DNA of 64,000 bases from positions 96,001 through 160,000 of the forward strand of contig CAVSLV010000003.1 of the NCBI GenBank assembly GCA_963728915.1. Reading direction: 5' to 3'. The translations under genes were made by a program, and so were the position numbers. Of the stretch, positions 1-9,498 are shown piece by piece; positions within the stretch are counted from its first letter, which is position 1, and each line of letters begins with the position of its first letter. The DNA is from an uncultured Gemmatimonadales bacterium. GTDB taxonomy: Bacteria; Gemmatimonadota; Gemmatimonadetes; Gemmatimonadales; GWC2-71-9. Below the pieces are notes generated by a model. The model was not told where the DNA came from. It did not search any database and saw only the letters and a list, made by a program, of their open reading frames with translations.

Positions 1-628
1 TCCAGTCGCACACCAGGCGGGCCTCGGCCATGTCGAGCACCACCAGGTAGCGTCCCCCGGGGTACTTGAGCACCTGGCTCGCGGTGGCCCGGGTCTCCTC
101 GTGCCAGTGCTTGCCGTGGATGATCGCGGTGAAGCCGTCCCGGGCGTAGCTCTCGACCCGCTTCCAGACGTTGAGCACCGAGCCGCAGGTGGTGTCCACC
201 ATCACGCAGCCGATCCGCCGGAGCGCCTCGAAGTCGTGGATGGTGACCCCGAACGCCGGCAGGATCACCACGTCGGCGGGGGTCACCGCTCCGAAGTCGA
301 ACCCTCCGGCGTCCCCCCGGCGGAGGAACCCGATGCCCATGGCTTCCAGCTTGGCGTTGACGTGCGGGTTATGGATGATTTCCCCCACCAGAAACAGCCG
401 GCGGTCGGGGAACTTGGTGCGGGTCTCATAGGCGTACTCGACCGCCCGGTCCACCCCGTAGCAGAACCCGAATTCGCGCGCCAGCCGGAAGGTGAGCGGG
501 CCCACCGCAAGCTGGTAGTCCCGCTCCCGCAGGATCTCGATCAGCCGGCTGTGGTAATCCGCCGCCAGCAGCCCTTCGATCGCGCTCTTGAGGCCGAAGC
601 CCTTCCGGAAGTAGGTCGCGTCCGCCAT
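1..628 (-). CDS. ispH: 4-hydroxy-3-methylbut-2-enyl diphosphate reductase (5' part; runs off the window start)
   Basis: Manual translation from ATG at 628: MADATYFRKGFGLK...LAREFGFCYGVDRAV...GEIIHNPHVN...ILPAFGV...VDTTCGSV. The FGFCxGV, IIHNPxV and DTTC motifs are typical of IspH. Confidence 0.93.
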   Translation of the reverse strand, partial: MADATYFRKGFGLKSAIEGLLAADYHSRLIEILRERDYQLAVGPLTFRLAREFGFCYGVDRAVEYAYETRTKFPDRRLFLVGEIIHNPHVNAKLEAMGIGFLRRGDAGGFDFGAVTPADVVILPAFGVTIHDFEALRRIGCVMVDTTCGSVLNVWKRVESYARDGFTAIIHGKHWHEETRATASQVLKYPGGRYLVVLDMAEARLVCDW

Positions 629-637
629 GGGTGAAAT

Positions 638-1186
638 CTATCCGCCGCGGGGCCGGTCGATCCGCCCGCAGGGCGGGGGCGCGACCACGCTCCGCACCTT
701 GCGGAAGCTCCCGGTGACCCGGAGCGAGTCGATGCCCTCGCTCGCGGTGAGCCGGAGATCCACCTGTCCCGAGACCCCGTCCCGGTCGGACCCGGTGACC
801 GCGACCTGCCCGTTCACCGATTCGAACTGGTAGATCGCCTTGCTCCCCGCCACCCGCAGGGCGGCGATGGCGCGGGGCCGCCAGGGAATGAAGACCCGGG
901 CCGGCATGACGGCGTAGGGGCCGGTGCCTAACCCGGCAGCCGAGGAGTCCCCGGTGAGCAGCACGATCCCGATCGCGGTATCTCCGCGCGCGCCCATGAT
1001 CTCGAGCAGGGAGTCCGAGCCGCACCAGCGCGCCGTGGCGGGGGCCAGGAACCGGACCGGCTTCCCCGCCGTGTCGGACCAGGTCAGGTCGAGCTGCCCG
1101 GTCTCCGGGCCGGGCCCGGCCGAACGGCTGGGGCCGGCCCGGCAGGCCAGCAGGGCCGCCACTCCGGCCACCAGGGGACGTCGCAT
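638..1186 (-). CDS. Hypothetical exported or lipoprotein
   Basis: C-terminal half of ORF 638..1792. It begins MRRPLVAGVAALLAC (signal peptide or lipobox-like), followed by a beta-rich body. Confidence 0.65.
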   Translation of the reverse strand: MRRPLVAGVAALLACRAGPSRSAGPGPETGQLDLTWSDTAGKPVRFLAPATARWCGSDSLLEIMGARGDTAIGIVLLTGDSSAAGLGTGPYAVMPARVFIPWRPRAIAALRVAGSKAIYQFESVNGQVAVTGSDRDGVSGQVDLRLTASEGIDSLRVTGSFRKVRSVVAPPPCGRIDRPRGG

Positions 1187-1218
1187 CCCTGCAAGGTAGG
1201 AGGACGGGAAGCGGGGAG

Positions 1219-3405
1219 CTACCGCCGCCCGCCGAACACGATGTCGAAGCGCAGCCCCGATCCTTCCGGCCGGGGCGAGAGCGGATGGCTGAGATCGAAC
1301 CGGAGCAGCCCGTTGAAGAAGGAGACTCCCGCCCCGCCGCCGAGGAGCACCCGGTTCCGGGTTAGGGAATCCAGCGCCCCCGCCTGTCCCCCGTCGAGAA
1401 AGAAGACCGGGCGGACCGCGCCCCGGAACGGGCTCAGGTCGAGCTGGACCGACCAGAAGGCGTCGCCCCGCTCGGCGCCGTAGTCGAACCCCCGAACGCT
1501 TCCCTGCCCGCCGATCCGGTAGACCAGCTGCGGCAGCGCGGCGCGGGTCGCGACCCCGCCGCGCGCCCGGACCGTCGCCCCGGCCGAACCTCCGAACGGC
1601 TGGCGCCACTCCCCGAAGAGCCGGGCGGTATGGTGATCGAACCCGGCGTCGCTGGTGCCGTCGCCCCCCAGCTCCCAGCGGGCCCGGCCGATCCGTCCCT
1701 GGAGCCGCGCGCCCACCGTGGCAAAGTCTCCCTCGGTGATCGGGGGATTGTCGGGAAGCAGCCCGTCCCCCCCGAACAGGTCGTTGAGCCACGCTTTCGC
1801 GCCACCCTTCGCATTCCGCTGGCGCTCGAGCCGGGTCGACAGGGTCAGCTCGACGCCGCGGGTCATGCTGGTTTCCAGCGAAAGGTCGAGGCCGGTGGTT
1901 CGGAAATATTCCCCGTCGTCGTGAGCCGACATCAGGGCGCGAATCGAGTTGGCCGCCGAGAGGCCCTGGCTCCAGGGATCGCCTTCCCGGAGATCATGGT
2001 AGACCGCCGCGGTGAAGCGCCCCGCCGGCGCGTCCCGAATCAGGGCGATCCGCGCGGTGGGGTGCTTGTCCGCGAAGCCGAACCGCACGGTCCCGAACAA
2101 CGAGGCGTAGCGGATCGCCCGGAGGTCGACCTGGTAGGCCAGGCCGATCGAAGTTCCCTGGACCCGGTTGAACCGGAAGGCGTCGGCGAGCCGCTCGTAG
2201 GCGAAGCCGGTGCGATCGATCCCGGTGATGCTCCGGGGCAGCCGCTCGGCGAGATCGGCGATCTCCCGCCGGGTTTCTTCGAGACGACGGTCGTCTTCCT
2301 CGGTGCGGCGGAGCTGGAGCGTCTCCTCCCAATCGGTGTAGCGATGGAGCGAATCCCGGGAGGCCCGCCAGATCTCGTAGCGCCCGCCCCCGGCCAGCAC
2401 GCCGGCCCGCTCCCTGACCCGCATGGAATCGGGCTGGCCCCGGCGCTCGGCGCGGAGCGAATCCCGCCGGGCCTCCCGCTGCTCCGGAGTGGGCCGGTGC
2501 AGGGTATCGGGCGGCGGCAGGTGAAACGCGATCCGGTGGCCGGCATTGATCTCGTAGTCCGAGAAGGTGGTGACGGCCTCGAAGGGCACGTACATGTCGC
2601 CCACCAGGGGAATCTGCACCTGGCCGGAGAGGACCTGGCGATAGGGCATCCAGTAGGTCCCGTCCTGCAGCGCATACTCGAGGTCGCCCTGGAGCGCCAG
2701 ATACCGGTTGATCAGCCGGTTGGCCCGGCGGGCGTCCGCACTATCCTCCCGGGTCGGACTGTCCGGCATGTCCCACATGTCGGTCCCCACGTACCGGAAG
2801 GCAAGCCGCACCACCTCGGCGTTGTCGAGGTCGAGCCAGAGCTTTCCGATGATGAGCGCCGGACCGGGACGCTTGGGGGTGACCTGCACTTCGGTGAGCC
2901 GGATCCGCTTGCCGTCGCCGGTCGTCAGGGTGATGGTGTCCCCCGCGGCATAGCGATACCAGGCGGGTCCGTCGCCAGCGAGGGGATGCAGAGCGGCCCG
3001 CTCGGGAAAGTCGTTTCCGAAGATCCGGACCGAATCCCCCAGGCCCCGGGGGACGAACCAGGGCGAATCGAAATTGGAAAAGAGCTCCCCGCGGGATTCC
3101 CGGGTTCGGGAACGCTGCCCCACGATCTCCACCCGCAGGTCGTTGGGTCGCTGCCACTCGAGATGGGCTTCCTGCTCCTCGACCGCGACCGGGGGAGCGT
3201 TCCCCCAGCGGCGCCGCCCGAAGCTCACGCTCACCCGGTAGCGGAGCCGGGCCTGATAGTCGCTGACCGTGGAATCCTGGGCCTGATGGTGCGCCATGGC
3301 GCGAGCAACCAGGGCCGCAGTTTCCGGGTTGGAGTAGGTGCCGGTGTCGGGAGCCTGGAGCGCGAGCGAGGAAAGGAGTGCTGCGGCTAGGACGCCTGGG
3401 CCCAT
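1219..3405 (-). CDS. Outer-membrane protein with C-terminal Omp85/BamA-like barrel
   Basis: Signal peptide MGPGVLAAALLSSLALQA. The C-terminus YRIGGQGSVRGF...FFLDGGQ...GAGVSFFNGLLRFD carries the VRGF motif of the Omp85 barrel. Start codon is uncertain. Confidence 0.75.
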   Translation of the reverse strand: MGPGVLAAALLSSLALQAPDTGTYSNPETAALVARAMAHHQAQDSTVSDYQARLRYRVSVSFGRRRWGNAPPVAVEEQEAHLEWQRPNDLRVEIVGQRSRTRESRGELFSNFDSPWFVPRGLGDSVRIFGNDFPERAALHPLAGDGPAWYRYAAGDTITLTTGDGKRIRLTEVQVTPKRPGPALIIGKLWLDLDNAEVVRLAFRYVGTDMWDMPDSPTREDSADARRANRLINRYLALQGDLEYALQDGTYWMPYRQVLSGQVQIPLVGDMYVPFEAVTTFSDYEINAGHRIAFHLPPPDTLHRPTPEQREARRDSLRAERRGQPDSMRVRERAGVLAGGGRYEIWRASRDSLHRYTDWEETLQLRRTEEDDRRLEETRREIADLAERLPRSITGIDRTGFAYERLADAFRFNRVQGTSIGLAYQVDLRAIRYASLFGTVRFGFADKHPTARIALIRDAPAGRFTAAVYHDLREGDPWSQGLSAANSIRALMSAHDDGEYFRTTGLDLSLETSMTRGVELTLSTRLERQRNAKGGAKAWLNDLFGGDGLLPDNPPITEGDFATVGARLQGRIGRARWELGGDGTSDAGFDHHTARLFGEWRQPFGGSAGATVRARGGVATRAALPQLVYRIGGQGSVRGFDYGAERGDAFWSVQLDLSPFRGAVRPVFFLDGGQAGALDSLTRNRVLLGGGAGVSFFNGLLRFDLSHPLSPRPEGSGLRFDIVFGGRR

Positions 3406-3836
3406 TTGCTCCGGCCATCCCGATGGAGCCCGTAGGCCCGGAGCCGACGCCACAAGGTGGTGCGACTGATGCCCAGACTCTTCGCCGTTTCGGCGAGTCG
3501 CCAGCCGTGATCGTCGAGCGATCGCACGATCGCGTCCCGCTCCCGATCCGCCAGGGTGCTCGGGCCGACCGAGCCTTGCAGATACATCGCCTCACCGAGA
3601 TCCAGGTTACCGATCCGGATGGTCTTGAGCCGCCCGCCCCGGTCGGCCAGCTCAGGGAGCAATTCGGAGACGGGTTGGGTCAGGTCGAGACCGAGGTCAC
3701 GCGCTGGTTGATTGGCGTAGAGGAGTTTGCCGTTGGGATCGAACACCACGACCGCTTCGCTGAAGGCGTCCAGGAGCGCCTTGGCGAGCGGGGAAAAAAC
3801 CGACGGCAATGATGTGCTATTGGGGTCCGGCGACAT
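3387..3836 (-). CDS. PAS-like plus Fis-type helix-turn-helix protein
   Basis: N-terminal LLDAFSEAVVVFDPNGKLLYANQPA (PAS start) and C-terminal LAETAKSLGISRTTLWRRL (Fis HTH). Confidence 0.8.
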   Translation of the reverse strand: MSPDPNSTSLPSVFSPLAKALLDAFSEAVVVFDPNGKLLYANQPARDLGLDLTQPVSELLPELADRGGRLKTIRIGNLDLGEAMYLQGSVGPSTLADRERDAIVRSLDDHGWRLAETAKSLGISRTTLWRRLRAYGLHRDGRSKWAQAS

Positions 3837-3845
3837 AGCTCAAGG

Positions 3846-4754
3846 TTACGGGTTGCCGGTGAATTTAGTTTCAGACCGGAACAAAGGGGACTCTCCCGCG
3901 ATCACCAATCCAACCCCTGCAAAAATGGTCACTCCAGCGAGAGCAATCGACAGGGTCAACCGCTCGCCCTCCAGGACCAGAGGCGCAATCGCAATGGCGA
4001 CCAGCGGCTGGAGATAGATGAACGACGTGACGAGAATAGGGGACACCTGGCGAAGCGACCAGAGGTTCAGGAAGTAGGTCACCGTCGTCGGGAACACCAC
4101 CATGTAGATGAGCCACAGGAATAGCCCGGTGCTCAGGGAGGCGGCGTGCACCGATCCCGCCGCGCCGATTCCGAGCGGCAGCACTCCGACGAGCCCCGCA
4201 ATGGTGAGACAGAACGCCACCGTCACGGGAGGGTACCGGCGCAGGAGATCCTTCGAGAGAAGAAACGCGAGCGCATTGAATGCCATTCCGGTCAGCACGA
4301 GCAGGTTCCCGATGACCACGTCAGACCCGAGGGAAACCCGGCTCGGTCCGATCAGGTAGATCGTGCCGAGGGCCGCCACCGCGACGCCAATCCACTTGAG
4401 GGGGGAGGGCCGCTCGATCCGGAGCAGCCATCCGAAGGCGACCGTGAAGATCGGAATCATCGGGATCAGGATCGCGGTATCGATTGCGGTGGTACGGGTG
4501 AGTCCAAGCAGGATCAAGAGCTGATTCCCGGCGCCACCCAGAATCCCGAGCAACGCAAATCGAGCCCAATCGGCACCCAGTCTCGGCAGCTTCCCACGGT
4601 ACATCCGGTGGGCCACGAAGAAGGCGATGGACGCAACCACCATCCGGAGCGTGACGATCACCGGGGCGGGAACGATGGGAAGGAGGTACTTCCCAACGAT
4701 CACACCGCTGGCATAGATGATCTGAACGATCGTCAGGGCGATGATGACTGGCAT
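3846..4754 (-). CDS. DMT/EamA family transporter
   Basis: 302 aa with about 10 hydrophobic segments in two repeats (PIFT...ER and YLQP...GE motifs). Confidence 0.9.
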   Translation of the reverse strand: MPVIIALTIVQIIYASGVIVGKYLLPIVPAPVIVTLRMVVASIAFFVAHRMYRGKLPRLGADWARFALLGILGGAGNQLLILLGLTRTTAIDTAILIPMIPIFTVAFGWLLRIERPSPLKWIGVAVAALGTIYLIGPSRVSLGSDVVIGNLLVLTGMAFNALAFLLSKDLLRRYPPVTVAFCLTIAGLVGVLPLGIGAAGSVHAASLSTGLFLWLIYMVVFPTTVTYFLNLWSLRQVSPILVTSFIYLQPLVAIAIAPLVLEGERLTLSIALAGVTIFAGVGLVIAGESPLFRSETKFTGNP

Positions 4755-4799
4755 TGACCTTGATACATAAAGACTTAGATTTGACCATCCATTCAGTCA
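4754..4799 (+). promoter_or_regulatory. Sigma70-like promoter (TTGACC-N16-TAGATT) followed by a candidate TetR operator (TGAC-N10-GTCA)
   Basis: AT-rich 51-bp gap between divergent eamA and tetR genes. -35 at 4754-4759, -10 at 4776-4781, imperfect palindrome TGACCATCCATTCAGTCA at 4782-4799. Confidence 0.5.
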
Positions 4800-4805
4800 G
4801 TCGCG

Positions 4806-5321
4806 ATGAAAAACCAGATTCTCGATGCCGCAACTGAGGTACTCGTCCAACGCGGACTGAACGCTTGGACAGTCGACGAGGTAGCCAGGAAAACCGGGTG
4901 CGCCAAAGGCCTGGTCAACTACCACCATCGTTCCAAACACGACTTGCTCATCCGGGTAGCCCACCAGCTCAGGGACGAGCGATGGGCCAAACGTGTCGAG
5001 GCGGCTCGGAGTAAGGAGCCCCTGGACCGGCTGTGGCAAACACTAATTGAGGAGGTCCGTTCCGGCCGGTTCGCTGCCTGGCTCGCCCTCCTGGCTTCCG
5101 AAGCTGTCCAGGGCAGGGTTCCCAGGAGCCCAGCCGACCAGCCACTCGAGCTGGCCAATGCGCTCGGCCGCTCCCTCGAACTCGGTCCGGGGCTTTCCGG
5201 CCGAGCTGGACTGATCGCCGCCCTTCTCGACGGAATCGAAATCTCCTTTCTTCAGGGTGACTCTCCCGACCAGCTCGAGGAAGCCTATCATCGCTTCTGG
5301 TTGACCCTGCTCGAGATGTAG
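4806..5321 (+). CDS. TetR/AcrR family regulator
   Basis: ILDAATEVLVQRGLNAWTVDEVARKTGCAKGLVNYHHRSKHDLL matches the TetR N-terminal HTH. Confidence 0.9.
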   Translation: MKNQILDAATEVLVQRGLNAWTVDEVARKTGCAKGLVNYHHRSKHDLLIRVAHQLRDERWAKRVEAARSKEPLDRLWQTLIEEVRSGRFAAWLALLASEAVQGRVPRSPADQPLELANALGRSLELGPGLSGRAGLIAALLDGIEISFLQGDSPDQLEEAYHRFWLTLLEM

Positions 5322-5340
5322 CCCGCGATAGATTGGGGAC

Positions 5341-6189
5341 ATGCGGGCCGCTGCCTTGCTCCTCCTCATTGTTCCCGTGGTTCTTCGGGCCCAGGATCCG
5401 GAGCCCACTCTGCCGCTGGAAGTGCGTCAGGCCTACCAGGCCCGGCTGATGGAGCCGCGCCGAGCCTATGACACGACTCCGCCCCGGCTTCCTCCTGTCC
5501 GGGTCTCCGGAAAGGCCGCCTGTCAGATCCACCCCGAGCTTGGCGTCGAGACCGCGGATCTCTGGGAGGCCGCCCGGCAGACCCTCGAGTCGACCCTTCG
5601 ACCCGACTCGGTGACCCCGAGGCTGCTGGTGCGCGAATGGCGACGCACGCTCGATTACCGCTTCGGGCTCCGTTCCGAACAGAGCGACACCAGCGAAGTG
5701 CGTACCCGGCATCCTTTCGAGAAGCCCATGCCCGCGAATCTCGAGCGGGTCGGGTACATCCAGCGCCAGGGATGGTCGATCGTCTACTACGGCCCCGATG
5801 CCGGCATGCTGCTGTCGGAGCGATTCGTCCGGCATCACTGCTTCCGGAGAGTGGAAGGGTCGGGGGCCTTTGCGGGGCTCGCGGGGCTGGCCTTCGCGCC
5901 GCTGCCCCGCACCACGATTCCCGACGTCACCGGCGTGTTATGGGTGGATCCCGCGGGCCGGGAGCTTCGCTCGGTGCAATACACCTGGATCAACGCCCCT
6001 CCCGAGGCGAGGGCGCCCGGCATCGGAGGCCGCGCCGATTTCGCCCGGATCGGCGCCGTCGGGTGGATCGTGCAGCGGTGGAACATCCGGATGGCCCGGC
6101 AGGAGAGCGGCTACGCGCGGGGGTTCGAGGGTTACACCGATCAGGGGGGTGAAGTGCTCGCGATCCTCGGCCGGGCAGAGTCTCCGTGA
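5341..6189 (+). CDS. Secreted hypothetical protein
   Basis: Signal peptide MRAAALLLLIVPVVLRAQ and a 282-aa ORF in operon context. No function assignable. Confidence 0.75.
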   Translation: MRAAALLLLIVPVVLRAQDPEPTLPLEVRQAYQARLMEPRRAYDTTPPRLPPVRVSGKAACQIHPELGVETADLWEAARQTLESTLRPDSVTPRLLVREWRRTLDYRFGLRSEQSDTSEVRTRHPFEKPMPANLERVGYIQRQGWSIVYYGPDAGMLLSERFVRHHCFRRVEGSGAFAGLAGLAFAPLPRTTIPDVTGVLWVDPAGRELRSVQYTWINAPPEARAPGIGGRADFARIGAVGWIVQRWNIRMARQESGYARGFEGYTDQGGEVLAILGRAESP

Positions 6190-6978
6190 CCACCGGCCGG
6201 GATGATTGCTATGCCGCGATCGCCGAGTTCTACGACCATGTTACGCTCTATCGGGAACGCCCGGACGTCTCGTTCTTCGTCGAGGCCGCCAGGGCAAGCC
6301 GGAGGGCCGGTGCTCGAGCTGGGCGCCGGTACCGGGCGGGTCCTGATCCCCACTGCCCGGGCGGGCATATCGATCACCGGCCTCGACTCCTCGCCGAGCA
6401 TGCTTGCCATCTGCCGGGACCGGCTCGCCCGGGAACCCGCCGAGGAAGCGTCCCGCGCGACCCTCGTCGAGGGGGATATGCGCGCGTTCGATCTGGGTCG
6501 AACCTTCGCGCTGGTCACGATTCCCTTCCGTCCGTTTCAGCATCTGGTCACGGTCGAAGAGCAGCTCGCCTGCCTTGGCTGCATCCGGCGTCACCTGGCG
6601 CCGGGTGGCCGGCTCATCCTCGATCTGTTCAATCCGTCACTGGAGGCACTGACCGCCCCGATCGGCATCGAATCCCTCGAGGCGGAATTCACGATGCTCG
6701 ACGGGCGCCGGGTGCAGCGAGGATTCCGGATCGTCTCCCGGGACCGAAGCAATCAGGTCAACCAGGTCGAGCTCTATTACGACGTCACCGGACCCGCCGG
6801 GTCGACCGAGCGGCTGGTCCAGGCCTTCCCCATGAGATACCTCTTCCGGTATGAGGCGGAGCACCTGCTGGTGCGAGCCGGGTTCGAGGTTCTGCAGGTG
6901 TTCGGCGGTTACGATCGACAGCCGTTCGGAACAACCTATCCGGGCGAGCTGATCCTGGAGGCGCGGAGGAATTCATGA
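6186..6978 (+). pseudogene. Class I SAM-dependent methyltransferase with one extra base (frameshift) near 6298-6301
   Basis: Frame 1 gives MTTGRDDCYAAIAEFYD...DVSFFVEAARAS. Frame 2 continues GGPVLELGAGTGRV (SAM motif I)...GLDSSPSML...GDMRAF...LAPGGRLILD. The span is 793 nt (3n+1). Confidence 0.8.
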
Positions 6979-8183
6979 TGAGGTCCCGGCGCACGGCACT
7001 TCTCTTTCTGGTCGCTGCCTCCGGTTGCAGCGGAGCCGGGGCCAATTCCCTGGCGCGGGCGGTGATTGATACCCTGCCGGGCGGCATCGTTCGAGTCACC
7101 AGCGGAGGGCCGACCGCCTGGCCTGCGACGAAGCCGGCCGTCCTGGTCGAGGAGATCCGGTTCCAGGGGGCGGATGGCACGCCATCCGAGCTCGGCGAAC
7201 CCCGCTCCCTCGCGGTGGACGATCAGGGGCGGGTGTACGTCGTGGATACCAAGCCGGCCGTCATCAAGGTCTTCTCTCCCGATGGCAAGTTCATTCGCAG
7301 CATCGGTGGCGAAGGCGAGGGTCCGGGAGAGTTCCGGGTCGGCTTCATCTCGATCCAGGGTGAGCACCTGGTCCTTCAGGATCCCCAGGTCGCGAGGCTC
7401 TCGGTGTTCGACACCGCCGGCACGTTTCTTCGGAGCTGGAATTCGAGCTGTTGCTACTGGTCGGACATTCAGGTCGACCTGGCCGGCCGGGTCTACATCC
7501 CCAGCATGTCCAGCGGGAAACCGGGCGATCCGCCCCGGGGGACTCCTTATGTGCGCTGGTCGCTCGACGGAGTCGCACAGGACACGGTCTGGGTCCCCTA
7601 TCAGAAAAGCGAAAAGCTCTGGACCCTGTCGGTAAGCAAGGGCAGCAACAAGATGTCGATGTCGATGCCGGTCCCTTTTCTGCCCGCCATCGTCAGCACC
7701 CTGGACCCCAGGGGCGGGATTCTGTACGGCTGGAACGGTCGCTTCGAGATCGTGCGGAGCACTACCGGCGCGGACTCACTCCTGGTCTTCGGGAGGGATT
7801 GGACGCCCGATCCGGTCAGCGACGATCGGCGCTCCGCCGAGCTCGAGTCGATGGTCAAGGGAGCCACCCGTTCGATCGACGAGACCACGGTCCGAAATGC
7901 GTTCAACCTGAATGACATTCCCCGCACCTTGCCGGCGTTCGAGAGTCTGCGGGTGGATCCGAGGGGACGGGTCTGGGCCCGACGCTACCCGGTGGCCGAT
8001 ACCACGCACACCACGTTCGACCTGTTCGATTCCACTGGGGCGTACCTCGGGCCGGTGACCGCTCCGATCCGGATCGGGCCTTACACCCCGCAAGCCTGGA
8101 CCCGGAACGGAGTGGTCGCGGTCATCGAGGATGCGGACGGGCGCCCCACCATCGTGCGACTTCGTTTCGAGCCGGGGCATTGA
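6975..8183 (+). CDS. 6-bladed beta-propeller (NHL-like) lipoprotein
   Basis: Lipobox-like AASGC, then PRSLAVDDQGRVYVVD...IKVFSPDGKFIRSIGGEGEGPGEF. Confidence 0.85.
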   Translation: MMRSRRTALLFLVAASGCSGAGANSLARAVIDTLPGGIVRVTSGGPTAWPATKPAVLVEEIRFQGADGTPSELGEPRSLAVDDQGRVYVVDTKPAVIKVFSPDGKFIRSIGGEGEGPGEFRVGFISIQGEHLVLQDPQVARLSVFDTAGTFLRSWNSSCCYWSDIQVDLAGRVYIPSMSSGKPGDPPRGTPYVRWSLDGVAQDTVWVPYQKSEKLWTLSVSKGSNKMSMSMPVPFLPAIVSTLDPRGGILYGWNGRFEIVRSTTGADSLLVFGRDWTPDPVSDDRRSAELESMVKGATRSIDETTVRNAFNLNDIPRTLPAFESLRVDPRGRVWARRYPVADTTHTTFDLFDSTGAYLGPVTAPIRIGPYTPQAWTRNGVVAVIEDADGRPTIVRLRFEPGH

Positions 8184-8439
8184 CAGGGAGCGAAGCGATT
8201 CTCAATTTGGTGGCCCGCTTCGGCGGACCAGTGCGAAACAAACTGGTGTTCGTCGTCTAGGAGGGGAAGCCGGGACGGGAATCGCGGGAAAATACCAGGG
8301 TGTGCGCGAGGCATGCCCGCCTTTTCGCCGGGAGCAGCGGCTTCCGAGAGAAGAAGGCGCGACAGGACGAACCGTCCAGTCGCGCCTTCTGCGTTTTCAG
8401 GGATGGATGAAATTCGGACTTCAGAACGGGAGAGTCGAC

Positions 8440-8955
8440 ATGTCGTTGGAATCCATGCAGGACCTGATGATCGAAGAGCTCCGTGATCTCTACAACGCGG
8501 AGCAGCAGCTCACCAAGGCGTTGCCCAAGATGGCCGAAAAGGCGACGACGCCCTCGCTGCAACAGGCCTTCCACTCGCACCTCCGGGAAACCGAAGGTCA
8601 CGTGGCCAGGCTCGAGCAGATCTTCCGGCAGCTCGATGAGAAGCCAACCGGCAAGAAGTGCAAGGGGATGGAGGGGCTGATCGACGAGGGCGACGACATG
8701 CTCTCGGAGAAAGGCGTCGAAGCGGTGCGCGATGCCGGTATCATCGCCGCGGCTCAGCGGGTCGAGCATTACGAGATCGCGGCCTACGGGTGCGCCGTGA
8801 ACTTCGCCCAGCTCCTGGGCCACAACGACATCGTGACCCTGCTGGAGCAGACCCTCTCCGAGGAGAAGGCCGCCGACGAGAAACTCACCCAGATCGCCGA
8901 GCAGGAGGTGAACAGCCAGGCGATGGCCGGCGCATCGATGTCGGGCAGGCACTAG
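8440..8955 (+). CDS. Ferritin-like DUF892 (YciE/YciF family) stress protein
   Basis: ELRDLYNAEQQLTKALPKM...HLRETEGHVARLE...CKGMEGLI...AAQRVEHYEIAAYG...EEKAADEKL. GGAGAG RBS lies before ATG 8440. Confidence 0.92.
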   Translation: MSLESMQDLMIEELRDLYNAEQQLTKALPKMAEKATTPSLQQAFHSHLRETEGHVARLEQIFRQLDEKPTGKKCKGMEGLIDEGDDMLSEKGVEAVRDAGIIAAAQRVEHYEIAAYGCAVNFAQLLGHNDIVTLLEQTLSEEKAADEKLTQIAEQEVNSQAMAGASMSGRH

Positions 8956-9004
8956 CCCGCACCGCAGTCGACGAAAACAGCTCACGAATGAGCGGAGAAC
9001 CCGA

Positions 9005-9480
9005 ATGGCCTACGAGCGAGGCTGGAACCCGTCGGAACGATCGAATCGGGAATGGGAGCGGAGCCGCCATGAGGTCGCCCGAGGTCAATCATTCCGCTAC
9101 CCGGATCAGGGTCGCGCGATGCCGTCCGGAGGAATGGAATTCGGCGCGCCGGAATGGCGCGGCGCCGGATATGGCAGCTACGGAGCCGGCACCGCCACGG
9201 AGCGAGCCGGCCGATACCGCCCTGAGACTCGTTACGGTCGGAGCGTTCAAGGTCGTTACCCCGGCCGGGGGCCGAAGGGCTATTCCAGGTCGGACGACCG
9301 GATCGAGGAAGAGATCCTGATATCGGCGCGACGAAATCGAAGTGAGGGTCCAGCATGGAGTCGTCACCCTGAGCTCGTCGAAAACGTTTAATTCACCGTC
9401 GGAGCGCTCGGAGACGAGCGCCGGGAGGCAGGAAAGTCACCGCGAGTCCAGCCGCACCGTGAAAGTGAGACGCGGTCCAA
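9005..9480 (+). pseudogene. Degenerate BON-domain protein
   Basis: GRGPKGYSRSDDRIEEEI (BON-domain entry) in one frame, then DEIEVRVQHGVVTLS in another frame. The rest of the domain is absent. End coordinate is approximate. Confidence 0.6.
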
Positions 9481-9498
9481 CCCCGGAAAGGCATCACC

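Noticed and set aside
1358..1367. GGGTTAGGG resembling a eukaryotic telomere repeat
   Set aside because: Only isolated single copies occur inside bacterial genes, never in tandem. It is treated as a dispersed motif instead.
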